This document shows, in pieces, positions 1 to 15,832 of a DNA stretch of 64,000 nt (positions are counted from its first letter, which is position 1; every line of letters starts with the position of its first letter). Position numbers and translations under genes: made by a program. The stretch is taken from assembly GCF_009914755.1 (NCBI RefSeq), contig NC_060927.1; one strand, given 5' to 3'. Below the pieces are notes generated by a model, which saw only the letters and a program-made list of their open reading frames with translations, was not told the origin of the DNA and made no database searches. The stretch comes from the human T2T-CHM13v2.0 reference genome, Homo sapiens.

Positions 1-237
1 GTTGACTCTTCCTACATCGTATGAAGACCTAGAGAATAAACTAGGCAGGCAAGCGGCCTATGATTCAGGAAGCCACACAACCAAGAAACAGAACTGAGGA
101 CAACCCATTTGCTGAGATTGTTCTTTGCTGCCAGACAACCCAGGGATTTGGGGGTCATCATTAACTTTCTATAGGTAATAAATATTAATCCAATGCACTA
201 ACAAAAGAGGTTGGTGTGCAAAGCAGATTGAGAGACA

Positions 238-620
238 GTGCATTAATCTGCTAGGGCTGCCATAGAGAAACACCTCAGACTGCATGGCTTAAACAAGAGA
301 AATCCATTTTTCTCATAGTTCTGAAGGCTGGAAGTGCAAGATCCAAATGTCACCAGGGTTTGGTTCTCCTGAGACTTCTCTCCTTGGCTTGCAGATGGCC
401 CTTCTTACTGTGTCCTCACGTGACCTTTCCTCGGTGCTCACATCCCTGGTGTCTCTTTGTTTCCTTCTAAGGATACTTGTTCTATCGAATTAGGGACCCA
501 CCTTTATGCCCACATTTAACCTTAGGTACCTTTTCAAAGGTTCTATCTCCACATACAGTTACATTGAAGGTTAGGGTTTCAATATAAGAATTTGGGGGTA
601 ACGCAATTCAGTCCCTAACA
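238..620 (-). mobile_element. MaLR solo LTR, MLT1-type (old)
   Basis: Motifs ctagggctgccata...gactgcatggcttaaacaa, ggaagtgcaagatc and aattcagtccctaaca resemble MLT1A-C consensus; boundaries approximate. Confidence 0.65.
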
Positions 621-835
621 GAGTAAAAATTCAAGAGGTTAAGTACAAAAAAAATTTAGAAATTAAAGAGAAGGAAAGAAAATTCATTTCAGAATATCAA
701 GAGTTGGTACCATGTAGTCCTGGCCTAGCATCAGCAAACTTGGAGGGGTCAGTCCTAAACTTAGAACTAATATAATGTGCTAACTGGGTAAACTTGGGCA
801 AGTCATTTACACTCAGCCTCAATTCCTCATATTTA

Positions 836-1318
<483 letters not shown>

Positions 1319-2199
1319 TTAACATTTTAAAAATTGAGGTTCAAGGTTAAGATGTCTGATTGAATTAGATGTATCTAACTTTGCTTTCTCTAACCTAGGA
1401 AAACCACATTAATGTGATTTTAAAGGACACGTATGCCCTCCAGAACAGGGAGGTAGAAGAGGAAATGTAGCTACACCATATTAGAAGCTAGAGGCAGATG
1501 GATCTGTGATTATGACTGCAGACTTACAACAGCTCAACCCTAAGTTGGCAAGTGGAGGGAAAGCTGAGAAACCACCTGATTTACTTTTAAAAGTCTCAGG
1601 AACTGAGAATGAGAGTGTCTCTGGCGCTAACAGTAAAGCAGCAAAGCATGGCAGGTGCTAAAATAAGAAAGATAGGATGAGAGCCGTTTAAGAAACAGTA
1701 CATCCCTAGATCTCTCTGCCCCTTCTTTCCCCAGAATAACTGCCTTTCTCCTACTCCAGGAGAAATCTCGAAGCTATTCCCTATAAAAAGTAAATTGAAG
1801 GGTCTTTGAGGATATCAGGCACAGACAAGGCATTTGGTACTGTACCAAAAATAGGCAAATCAGAAGCCAAAAGCACACTAAATGCTTAATCCTGAAATGA
1901 CAGCCCTCCCCAAACTGCCTTCCACCATTTGGCTCCCAGAATAGCAGCAGCCAGAAGTTTACTCACCAAGCAAGAGACTGAAAATTTCTATACAAGTGGA
2001 AATTTTACCTAAAGAGACTGACGTTAGAGATTCATCAACACACAGGCCACCAAATCCTGTAGAGTGAAACTCAAAGTTGATAAGCCCCACTCACTAGCTC
2101 AGAATTCTCACTAGTTTTTTAAACTCTTGTGAAACAGACAACCAAGGTTTAACAAACATTGCAGGAAAATCTCTAACTCAGAATATAAAGCTTTTTAAA

Positions 2200-2715
2200 A
2201 AAAACTATAATAAGAAAGAAAATGCCATAAAAAGGGAACATTTAGGAAACAAGCAAGAGGTCTTAAACATAATAACAGAAATGGAAAAAAAAAGCATTGG
2301 AAGATAAAGTTGAGGAAATCTCAGAAAGTAGAGTAAAAAGGCAATGAAGTGGAGAATAGAAAACCAAATATAAAATTAGAGGACCAGGCCAAGTTGTCCA
2401 ACATCAGAAAGAGAGATCAGAAAGCAGAGAGAAAAACAAAAATCAAAGAAATAATTCAAGAAAACATCCTCAAACTAAAGAACACAAGTTTTCAGATTAG
2501 AAGTTTGTACCTAGTGCTCAGCATAATGGAAAAAAAAAATGCAGACCAACCCCAAAGTATACCATGGGGAAATTTCAGAAACAGGAAGGAAAAACTTCTA
2601 GAGGGAAGAAAAGAGAACAGGTTATCTACAGAGGATCAATAATCAGAATGGTTTCAGATTTCTTAGCACCAACACGAAGCTTAAAGACAATGGAACAATG
2701 CTTTCAAAATTCCAG
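2200..2715 (+). mobile_element. Ancient LINE-1 (L1M/HAL1-like) ORF1 relic
   Basis: A-rich; translated fragments IKEIIQENILKLK, IRMVSDF and caatggaacaatgctttcaaaattc resemble the L1 ORF1 C-terminal half; boundaries approximate. Confidence 0.6.
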
Positions 2716-2719
2716 CAGA

Positions 2720-3016
2720 GGCCAGGCACCGTGGCTCACAGCTGTAATCTCAGCACTTTGGGAAGCTGAGGCAGGAACATCACTTGAGCCCAGCCCAGGA
2801 GTTTGAGACCAGCCTGGGCAACAGAGTGAGACCTTATGTCTACAAAAAATTTTTAAATTAGCCAGGTGTGGTGGTACATGCCTGTAGTCCCAGCTACTGG
2901 GAAGGCTGAGGAAGGAGGATTGGGGGTCGCTTGAGCCTGGGAGGTCAAGGCTGCATTGATGGTGCCACGGCACTCCAGCCTGGGCAACAGAGTAAGACCC
3001 TGTCTCAAAAATAAGA
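2720..3016 (+). mobile_element. Alu (AluJ-type)
   Basis: Alu dimer with J-type cacttgagccc; flanking near-repeat aaaattccagcag / aaaattccaacag. Confidence 0.9.
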
Positions 3017-3684
3017 AAAATTCCAACAGGAAGATATTTCTAGCTATAGTGATGGCAAGAGCCTTTTGATCACTGTAGACTGCAACGCAAAAGAAAACAC
3101 AAGTCTGTCCAAATAAGAGAAATCCTCCCATATTTAAATATGTGTTTGGATGTGCATAGAATATCTCTAGAAGGATATACTAGAAGCTAGTAACTGTGTT
3201 CCCTCTAGACAGAACTGGGTGCTATGGAATAAAGGTGTAAGGCAGACTTAATTGTTACTGTTTACCTTTTTGTTTCCTTTAAATTTTATACTATGTGCAT
3301 ATATCACCTATTTGAAAAATAAATAAAATAAAATACATTTTATTTTAAAAGCTATATTGAGATATCCCTCTTTTTAACCTATTAGACTTGCAAAGATCAG
3401 TTCTGTAACACACTGTGTCAGCGAAGGTGCAGGAAAGTGGGGGCTTTGTTGGTGGGAGGGTAAATTGGCTCAATTTCTATGGAGGGCAATTTGGCAATAA
3501 CTATCAACATTACAAGTGCATATATCCTTGACCCAGCAATTCCATTGCTAGGAATTTGTCATACAGATAAAACTGAAGAACGATTATTTGTAAAAGGTTA
3601 TTTATTGTAGCAGCATAGCATTTTTTTTGCATTGTTTTCCTTGCAAGAAAGGAAACTAGAAGGCTAGATGGAGTAGGAGGGAGG

Positions 3685-4457
<773 letters not shown>

Positions 4458-5431
4458 TAAAAATTTTTAAAAAGCAATAAATAAGGTGAAAGAGACAAGT
4501 CACATGTTGAAACAAGAGATTTATAGTGCATATAACCAGTAAAGGACTAGTATCCAGATAATACTAAAGAACTCCTATGAATCAAGAGAAAAAGCAAGAC
4601 TCCTCACAAATATATGGCAAGACCATGAAGATGCAATTCACAGAAGAGGAAAATTGAATGATCAATAAATAGATTTCTTAAACATTCAACTTCATTAAAA
4701 CTATAAGATATTATTTCATATGTATCAGTTTAGGAAAATTTAAACGTCCGACAATATCAAGTGTTGAGACTGTGGAACAGGAGCTCTCATATAGCTGGTG
4801 GAAATACTAATTAGAGTAATCACTTTGGAGAGCAAGTCAGGGTCTTTAGGTGTATTATAGATAAGGCATCATTTAAAACACACCAAACAAAAAGTAAAAG
4901 GAAAGATGGTATGGATTGTACATTTTATAACGGTAAGCAAACTAATTCCCAAATAGAAGAAGAGAAAGTCTCAACTGCGATTCAGCCCATGGAGAAAGAT
5001 GGAAGCTGTTTAGGTAATTCAACCTTACTCTCTATCTGACAGTCATCTCCAAGAGGGTCTGTCCAGTTTTTCATCCACATTGAAGACACCACCAGTCAGG
5101 TGTCTGTCACTGACTGGGGTGAGAGACTTCGTTTTATTCTCTTCTCTCTGTGGTATGAGCACACAACCATGCAACTGCAACAGATACCCCGTGTGCTCTT
5201 TACTCTGAGTACCCCAAGGAAGTAGCCATACTGTAAGGGGGAAAAAGAGACCTCATGTCTTTACTGGAACTCATCCCTATGGGCAGTCTCCTCGTCCAGG
5301 CCTTAACCAGGTGAAGCAAGTGGGATACAGAACGCTCCTCCCTTCCTTGTGCTACTGTGTTCTCCTTTCTCCCATGTTCTTTTAACTTCTCCCAACTTTG
5401 ATCCTTCCCTCCTTTTCCAGACTACAACCTT

Positions 5432-5798
5432 GGTATTAGTCCATTTTCACACTGCTATAAAGAACTGCCCGAGACTGGGTAATTTATAACGGAAAGAGGT
5501 TTAATTGACTCACAGTTCAGCATGGCTGGGAAGCCTCGGGAAACTTATAATCATGACAGAAGGCAAAGGAGAAGCGGGCACCTTCTCCACCAGGCGGCAG
5601 GAAGGAGAGTGAATGCAGGAGGAACTACCAAACATTTATAAAACCATCAGATCTCATGAGAACAATATGAGGGAAACTGCCCCCATGATTCAATTACCCC
5701 CACCTGGTCTCTCCCTTGACATTTGGGGATTATGGGGATTATAGGAATTACAATTCAAGATGAGATTTTGGGTGGGGACACAAGCCAAACCATATTCA
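5432..5798 (-). mobile_element. THE1D/MSTA-like MaLR solo LTR
   Basis: gtattagtccattttcacactgctataaagaactgcccgagactggg ... ccaaaccatattca matches the THE1D/MSTA LTR. Confidence 0.85.
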
Positions 5799-7001
5799 CC
5801 ATTTCCTCAGCATTTGGCAAGGCCCATGTTTCCTCTAGTATCTACAAAATCGTTGTAACCTACAGTGTCAGTTGAAAGTCATAGCCTTAACTTCCCAGCC
5901 CTTCCACGCTACTGGATGGAAAGACCTGGAGGCTGAATGCCTGGAGATGGAGGAAAGGAAGAGAACATGAAGGTATTTTTGTCCTATGGAAGGCAATACC
6001 TTCCCTCCCTCCCTCCCTCCCTCCCTCCCTTCCTTCCTTCATTTCTCTGATGTATTTTTTAAAGAACAATAAAAATTTAAAATCCAGATGTTAATCTTTC
6101 ATTATATATGGTTTCATATCTACCATAATTTAAATACATATTTTGCTTTAAAAAACCCTTCTGGACCATTTCTATCTTTCAAAAAATGTTTTTAAAACCC
6201 TTTACACTCTTGAGCTCTGTTCCAAGATGGCTGAATAGGAACAGCTCCAGTCTGCAGCTCCCAGCATGATTGATGCTGGTGATTTCTGCATATCCAACTG
6301 AGGTACCTGGTTCATCTCATTGGAACTGGTTGGACAGTGGATGCAGCCCACGGAGGGCGAGCCAAAGCAGGGCAGGGCATCACCTCACCCGGGAAGCACA
6401 AGGGGTTGGGGGATTTCCATTTCCTAGCCAAGGGAAGCCATGACAGACTGTACCTGGAAAAATGGGACACTCCTGCCCAAATACCATGGTTTTCCAAAGG
6501 TCTTAGCAACTGGCAGACAAGGAGATTCTCTCTCGTGCCTGGCTCGGTGGGTCCCATGCCCACGGAGCCTTGCTCACTGCTAGGGCAGCAGCCTGAGATT
6601 GAACTGCGAGGCGGCAGCCTGGCTGGGGGAGGGGCATCTGCCATTGCTGAGGCTTGAGTAGATAAACACAGAGGTCAGGAAGCTCAAACTGTGCAGAGCC
6701 CACCACAGCTCAGCAAGGCCTACTGCCGCTATAGACTCCACCTCTGTGGGCAGGGCATAGCTGAACAAAAGGCAGCAGACAACTTCTGAAGACTTAAACG
6801 TCCCTGTCTGACAGCTCTGAAGAGAGCAGTGGTTCTCCCAGCACGGCGTTTGAGCTCTGAGAATGGACAGACTGCCTCCTCAAGTGGGTCCCTGAACCCC
6901 GTGTAGCCTAACTGGGAGACACCTCCCAGTAGGGGCTGACTGACACCTCATATAGGCGGATGCCCCTCTGGGATGAAACTTCCAGAGGGAGGATCAGGCA
7001 G

Positions 7002-7103
7002 CAATATTTGCTGTTCTACAATATTTGCTGTTCTGCAATATTTGCTGTTCTGCAATATTTGCTGTTCTGCAATATTTGCTGTTCTACAATATTTGCTGTT
7101 CTG
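7002..7103 (+). repeat. Minisatellite, 6 x 17 bp (CAATATTTGCTGTTCTR) inside the L1 5'UTR
   Basis: Counted directly: copies start at 7002, 7019, 7036, 7053, 7070 and 7087; only the last base varies (A,G,G,G,A,G). Confidence 0.97.
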
Positions 7104-7312
7104 TAGCCTCTGCTGGTGATACCCAGGCAAACAGAGTCTGGAGTGGACCTCCAGCAAACTCCAACAGACCTGCAGCTGAGGGAACTGACTGTTAGACGGA
7201 AAATTAACAAATAGAAAGGAATAGCATCAACATCAACAAAAAGGACATCTACACCAAAACCCCATCTGTAGATCACCAACATCAAAGACCAAAGGTAGAT
7301 AAAACCACAAAG

Positions 7313-8333
7313 ATGGGGAGAAACCAGAGCAGAAAAGCTGAAAATTCTGAAAACCAGAGTGCCTCTTCTCCTCCAAAGGATCACGGCTCCTTGCCAGCAA
7401 TGGAACGAAGCTGGACGGAAAATGACTTTGATGAGCTGACAGAAGCAGGCTTCAGAAGGTCGGTAATAAAAAACTACTCTGAGCTAAAGGAGCGTGTACC
7501 TAACCTATCGCAAGGAAGCTAAAAACCTTGAAAAAAGGTTAGACAAATGGCTAACTAGAATAAACAGTGTAGAAAAGACCTTAAATGATCTGATGGAGCT
7601 AAAAACTGTGGCACAAGAACTTTGTGACCCATGCACAAGCTTTGATAGCTGATTTGATCAAGTGGAAGAAAGAGTATCAGTGATTGAAAATCAAATTAAT
7701 GAAATAAAGCGAGAAGACAAGTTTAGAGAAAAAACAGTAAAACGAAACAAACAAAGCCTCCAAGAAACACGAGACTATGTGAAAAGACCAAATCTACATT
7801 TGATTGGTGTACCTGATAGTGACAGGGAGAATGGAACCAAGTTGGAAAACACTCTGCAGGGTATTATCCAGGATAACTTCCCCAACCTAGCAAGACAGGC
7901 CAACATTCAAATTCAGGACATACAGAGAACACCACAAAGATACTCCTCGAGAAGAGTAACCCAAGACACATAATTGTCAGATTCACCAAGGTTGAAATGA
8001 AGGAAAAAATGTTAAGGGCAGCCAGAGAGAAAGGTCAGGTTACCCACAAAGGGAAGCCCATCAGACTAACAGTGGATCTCTTGGCAGAAACTCTACAAGT
8101 CAGAAGAGAGTGGGGGCCAATATTCAACAATCTTAAAGAAGACAATTTTCAACCCAGAACTTCATATCCAGCCAAACTAAGCTTCATAAGTGAAGGAGAA
8201 ATAAAAACCTTTACAGACAAGCAAATGCGGAGATTTTGTCACCACCAGACCTGCCTTACAAGAGCTCCTGAAGGAAGCACTAAACATGGAAAGAAACAAC
8301 CAATACCAGCCACATCAAAAACATGCCAAATTG
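7313..8333 (+). pseudogene. L1 ORF1p, disrupted
   Basis: Split across ORF-track fragments 7313-7522, 7662-7973 and 7997-8392 by frameshifts and stops. Confidence 0.9.
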
Positions 8334-9069
8334 TAAAGACCATCGATGCTATGAAGAAACTGCATAAATTAACGGGCAAAATAACCAACTAACATCATAA
8401 TGACAGGATCAAATTCACACATAACAATATTAACCTTAAGTGTAAATGGGCTAAATACCCCAATTAAAAGACACAGACTGGCAAATTGGATAAAGAGTCA
8501 AGACCCATCAGTGTCCTGTATTCAGGAAACCCATCTCACGTGCAGAGACACACATAGGCTCAAAATAAAGGGATGGAGGAAGATTTACCAAGCAAAGGAA
8601 AAGGAAAAAAAGGCAGGGGTTGCAATCCTAGTTTTTGAGAAAGCGGACTTTAAACCAACAAAGATCAAAAGAGACAAAGAAGGCCATTACACAATGGTAA
8701 AGGGATCAATTCAACAAGAAGAGCTAACTATCCTAAATATATATGAACCCAATACAGGAGCACCCAGATTCATAAAGCAAGTCCTTGGAGACCTACAAAG
8801 AGACTTAAGATTTCCACACAATAATAATGGGAGAATTTAACACCTCACTGTCAATATTAGACAGATCAACGAGACAGAAGGTTAGCAAGGATATCCAGGA
8901 TTTGAACTCAGCTCTGCACCAAGGAGACCTAACAGACATCTACAGAACTCTCCATCCCAAATCAACAGAATATACATTCTTCTCAGCACCACATCACACT
9001 TACTCCAAAATTGACCACATAATTGGAAGTAAAGCACTCCTCAGCAAATGTAAAATAATAGAAATCACA

Positions 9070-9610
<541 letters not shown>

Positions 9611-9977
9611 TTATAGCACTAAATGCCCACAAGAGAAAGCAGGAAAGATCTAAAATTGACACCCTAACATCACAATTAAAAGAACTAGAGAAGCAAGAGC
9701 AAACAAATTCAAAAGCTAGCAGATGGCAAGAAATAGCTAAGATCAGAGCAGAACTGAAAGAGATAGAGAGACAAAAAAACCTTCAAAAAAATCAATGAAT
9801 CCAGGAGCTGGTTTTTTGAAATGATCAACAAAGTTGATAGACCACTAGCAAGACTAATAAAGAAGAAAAGAGAGAAGAATCAAATAGACACCAAAAAAAA
9901 TGATAAAGGGGATTATCACCACTGATCCCACAGAAATACAAACTACCATCAGAGAATATTATAAACACCTCTACACA

Positions 9978-10689
<712 letters not shown>

Positions 10690-13148
10690 TGAATCCAGCA
10701 GCACATCAAAAACTTATCCACCATGATAAAGTTGGCTTCATCCCTGGGATTTGAAGCTGGTTCAACATACACAAATCAATAAACATGATCCATCACATAA
10801 ACAGAACCAATGACAAAACCACATGATAATCTCAATAGATGCAGAAAAGGCCTTTGACAAAATTCAACAGCCCTTCATGCTAAAACCTCTCAATAAACTA
10901 GGTATTGATGGAACGTATCTCAAAATAATAAGAGCTATTTATGACAAAGCCACAGCCAATATCATACTGAATGGGCAAAAACTGGAAGCATTCCCTTTGA
11001 AAACCGGCACAAGACAAGGATGCCCTCTCTCACCACTCCTATTCAACATAGTGTTGGAAGTTCTGGCCAGGGCAATCAGGCAAGATAAAGAAATAAAGGG
11101 TATTCAGTTAGGAAAAGAGGAAGTCAAATTGTCCCTGTTTGCAGATGACATGATTGTATATTTAGAAAACCCCACTGTCTCAGCCCAAAATCTCCTTAAG
11201 CTGATAAGCAACTTCAGCAAAGTCTCAGGATACAAAATCAATGTGCAAAAATCACAAGCATTCCTATACACCAATAACAGACAAACAAAGAGCCAAATCA
11301 TGAGTGAACTCCCATTCACAATTGCTACAAAGAGAATAAAATACCTTGGAATCCAACTTACAAGGAATGTAAAGGACCTCTTCAAGGAGAACTACAAACA
11401 ACTGCTCAATGAAATAAAAGAGGACACATACAAATGGACGAATATTCCATGCTCATGGATAGGAAGAATCAATATCGTAATTTATAGATTCAATGCCATC
11501 CCCATTAAGCTACCAATGACTTTCCTCACAGAATTGGAAAAAACTACTTTAAAGTTCATATGGACCCAAAAAAAAGCCTGCATTGCCAAGACAATCCTAA
11601 GCAAAAAGAACAAAGCTGGAGGCATCACACTACCTGACTTCAAACTATACAAGTCTACAGTAACCAAAACAGCATGGTACTGGTACCGAAACAGAGATAT
11701 AGACAGATGGAACAGAACAGAGGCCTCAGAAATAACACCACACGTCTACAACCATCTGATCTTTGACAAACCTGACAAAAACAAGAAATGGAGAAAGGAT
11801 TCCCTGTATAATAAATGGTGCTGGGAAAACTGGCTAGCCATATGCAGAAAGATGAAACTGCATCCCTTCCTTACACCTTATACAAAAATTAATTCAAAAT
11901 TGTTTAAAGACTTAAATGTTAGACCTAAAATCATAAAAACCCTAGAAGAAAACCTAGGCAATACCATTCAGGACATAGGCATGGGCAAGGACTTCATGAC
12001 TAAAACACCAAAAGCAATGGCAACAAAAGCCAAAATAGATAAATGGTATCTAATTAAATGAAAGGGCTTCTGCACAGCAAAAGAAACTACCATCAGAGTG
12101 AATAGGCAACCTACAGAATGGGAAAAAATTTTTGCAATCTACCTATCTGACAAAGGGCTAATATCCAGAATCTACAAAGAACTCAAACAAATTTACAAGA
12201 AAAAAACAACCCCATCAAAAAGTGGGCAAAGGATATGAACAGACACTTCTCAAAAGAAGACATTAATGCAGCCAACAGACAAATGAAAAAATGCTCATCA
12301 TCACTGGTCATCAGAGAAATCCAAATCAAAACCACAATGAGATACCATCTCACACCAGTTAGAATGGCGATCATTAAGAAGGCAGTAAACAACAGATGCT
12401 GGAGAGGATGTGGAGAAATAGGAACGCTTTTACACTGTTGGTGGGAGTGTAAACTAATTCAACCATTGTGGAAGACAGTGTGGTGATTCCTCAAGGGTCT
12501 AGAACTAGAAATACCATTTGACCCAGCGATCCCATTACTGGGTATATACCCAAAGGATTGTAAATCATGCACACGTATGTTTATTGTGGCACTATTCACA
12601 ATAGCAAAGACTTGGAACCAACCCAAATGTCCATCAATGATAGACTGGATTAAGAAAATGTGGCACATATACACCATGGAGTACTATGCAGCCATAAAAA
12701 AGGATGAGTTCATGTCCTTGGCAGGGATGTGGATGAAGCTGGAAACCATCATTCTGAGCAAACTATCACAAGGACAGAAAATCAAGCACCGCATGTTCTC
12801 ACTCATAGGTGGGAATTGAACAATGAGAACACTTGGACACAGGGTGGGGAACATCACACACCGGGGCCTGTCAGGTGGTGGGAGGCTGGGGGAGAGATAG
12901 CATTAGGAGAAATACCTAATGTAAATGAGGAATTGATGGGTTCAGCAAACCAACATGGTACGTGTATACCTATGTATCAAACCTGCACACTGTGCCCATG
13001 TACCCTAGAACTTAAAGTATAATAAAAAATAAAAACAAAACAAAAAAAAAACCTTTAACTTGGCCTGATACTAAATAATTGTATTGGTCAGGGTTCTCTA
13101 GAGAAACAGAACCAACAGGGCGTGTTGAGATTATATAAATAAATTACA

Positions 13149-13444
13149 GGCTGGGCATAGTGGTTCACACCTGTAATCCCAGCATTTTGGGAGGAGTGGG
13201 CAGGTAGATCACTTGAGCCCAGGAGTTTGAGACCAGCCTGGGCAACATGGCAGAACACTGTCTCTACAAAAAATACAAAAATTACCTGAGCGTGGTGGTG
13301 CATGCCTGCAGTCCCAGCTACTTAGGAGGCTGAGGTGGGAGGATTGCTTGAGCTCAGGAGGTTGAGCAAGGCTGCAGTGAGCCGTGATTGCACCACTCTA
13401 CTCCAGCCTGGGCAACAGAGTGAGACACCGTCTCTAAAAATAAA
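13149..13444 (+). mobile_element. Alu (AluJ-type), first of a tandem pair
   Basis: Alu dimer flanked by aaataaattacag; preceded by a short MLT2-like LTR end (tgtattggtcagggttctctagagaaacagaacc) at about 13080. Confidence 0.9.
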
Positions 13445-13458
13445 TAAATAAATTACAG

Positions 13459-13800
<342 letters not shown>

Positions 13801-15832
13801 AAATAAATTACAGAATTAATTAAAATTGCAATAAATATTTAAAAAGAGGTAGAGAGTGATATAAAATGTACTGCTTAACTGAGTCTGAGAAGTCAGGATA
13901 GGCTTTTCTGAGGAATATGTCAAACAGAAATAAGATTTTTTGGTTTTAAAATATAAGAAGGTAGAAGAAAAATGTTTAAGGTGAAATAAACCTATGTTTC
14001 CAAGTGGGATGAATTAGCTAGTGACAGAATGTGTTCTCACCTAAAATAAGCAGAAAATTAGAACAAAATAGAGGAGGCATCTATTTTAAGGCAGAAAAGG
14101 GCTTCTGAGTTAGCAATAACTGAAGGAGCCAAAACTCCAGAGAGGGAGAATCACAGCTAGGGAGAGCTGAGTTCTGCAGCCACTGTGCCTAGGGGTCATC
14201 TGCTGATTCTGTGCTTGGGGAGGAGACTGATAACCCCAGGCCTTGCACCCAAGGAAGGCCACTGCTGGGAGGCAGAGGCCAGGAGGGATATGGGAGGAGA
14301 TTTGGAAGGTCTCCAGAGAACATCTGTTAAATTACAGGGGTGCATGAGGCTGGAGTCTAAAAAGAGAAGCAGAAAACTTCTGAAGCAGAACAGAGCCTTC
14401 GGCAGTCTTGTAAAGACAAAGATTAGAATTCTTGGCCCACCAGGTGGAAGAGCATGGAGAATACACTAGGATTTCTGCTGAAAATCCTGAAGAAGCAGGA
14501 GTAAAATCAATGCAGGCTGAGCCTTACGAAGGACACAACTCAGCCTCAACTCACCACAGTGCATAGAGGATTCAGGGTTAGATTTAATTAATTCTAAATT
14601 AGAATTAGATACAAGTCACCAATTAGAAGCAAGATGCTTTATAAAATTAATATAATTTTTATTGTATGTGGAGAAAATAAATGAGCAAGTACATCAAAGA
14701 GCATTTCAGATTCAAAAAGAGTGATGAGAAGAATTTGTCCTAGCAGACATTTAATGTACTGGTAACAAATTTGAAACACTTGGTGTACAGGAATATCAAT
14801 AATGAGAATATTTAAAAGACCCACACTTTGCACTACACTCTGAAAAAAAAAATCCAGGTAGATTGGGAGTTAAATACATTTAAAAAAACAAATACACATA
14901 TGTAAAAGACTAGCACTAGGGGAAATCACTTTTTGACTGTCGATGGAATATAAATGAAAAAAAGACGGACAGGTTCATGACTTAGATAGCTTTATCTTTG
15001 GTGGAATGAATACCAATAAAGCTGAAATTTAAAAATTCAGAAGACTGGAGAAAAAGTTTGCAAATGAAGACAAAGTTCAATAACTAAAAAGTATAAAGAG
15101 TGCATATAAATAGGTAAAATTACCAACTATTAAACAAATGATTAAAAAACAGTTCATACAACAAGAAACACTGTCAGTAAATCATAATTTTAAAACTATT
15201 CAGTCAACCTTGTTGGTAAAATAACTGCAAATTAAACCTACGGTGAAGTTTCATTTTGTGCCTTAAAAAAATTTAGAAAAACTTTTAAAAAGTTGTAAAA
15301 GCCAAAGCCTGCAAGGCTTCGGGAAGCAGATATGCTCATGCATTAATGAAAGCAGCGTAAACTGATTCAGTCTTCCTGAAGGGCAAAATGGTACTTTATT
15401 GAAAGAATCATAAATATGCCTAACCCCTGACCAAGTAATAGAATTTATCCTGAGGAAATGATGTTTAATAAAAAGTGTATGTATATATAATGTTTATTTT
15501 ATGATGGCAAACATTGGAATAAAGCTAAGAGCCCAACAATACAGATATACAGAAAGAAGCTAACTATGGCATATCAAAATGATATACTCTAGTGATATAC
15601 TAAAAATGATGAATATGAAGGTGCTATAGGAAATAGAAAATATTTGGATAAATCATGTTACATAAAAGGAAGAATACCAAATTGAACATACACACCCATT
15701 ATGACTATAACAGAACCATGAATATACATAAGCAAAGTGAGAAAAGGACACACCTAGGAAATGTTTCTAGCTGGGTTAAGATCAACAGACTTGCAGTGAA
15801 TTATTCTGTCAAGTTGTTAAGACATTAGATTT

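Noticed and set aside
7002-7103. Direct-repeat array resembling a CRISPR near a reverse transcriptase
   Set aside because: The repeats are head-to-tail with no spacers, there are no cas genes, the DNA is primate, and the RT is ordinary L1 ORF2.
10823-12061. 412-aa reverse transcriptase ORF as an active or domesticated gene
   Set aside because: It is a fragment of L1 ORF2 with upstream stops, frameshifts, two Alu insertions and internal deletions; FADD is the normal L1 motif.
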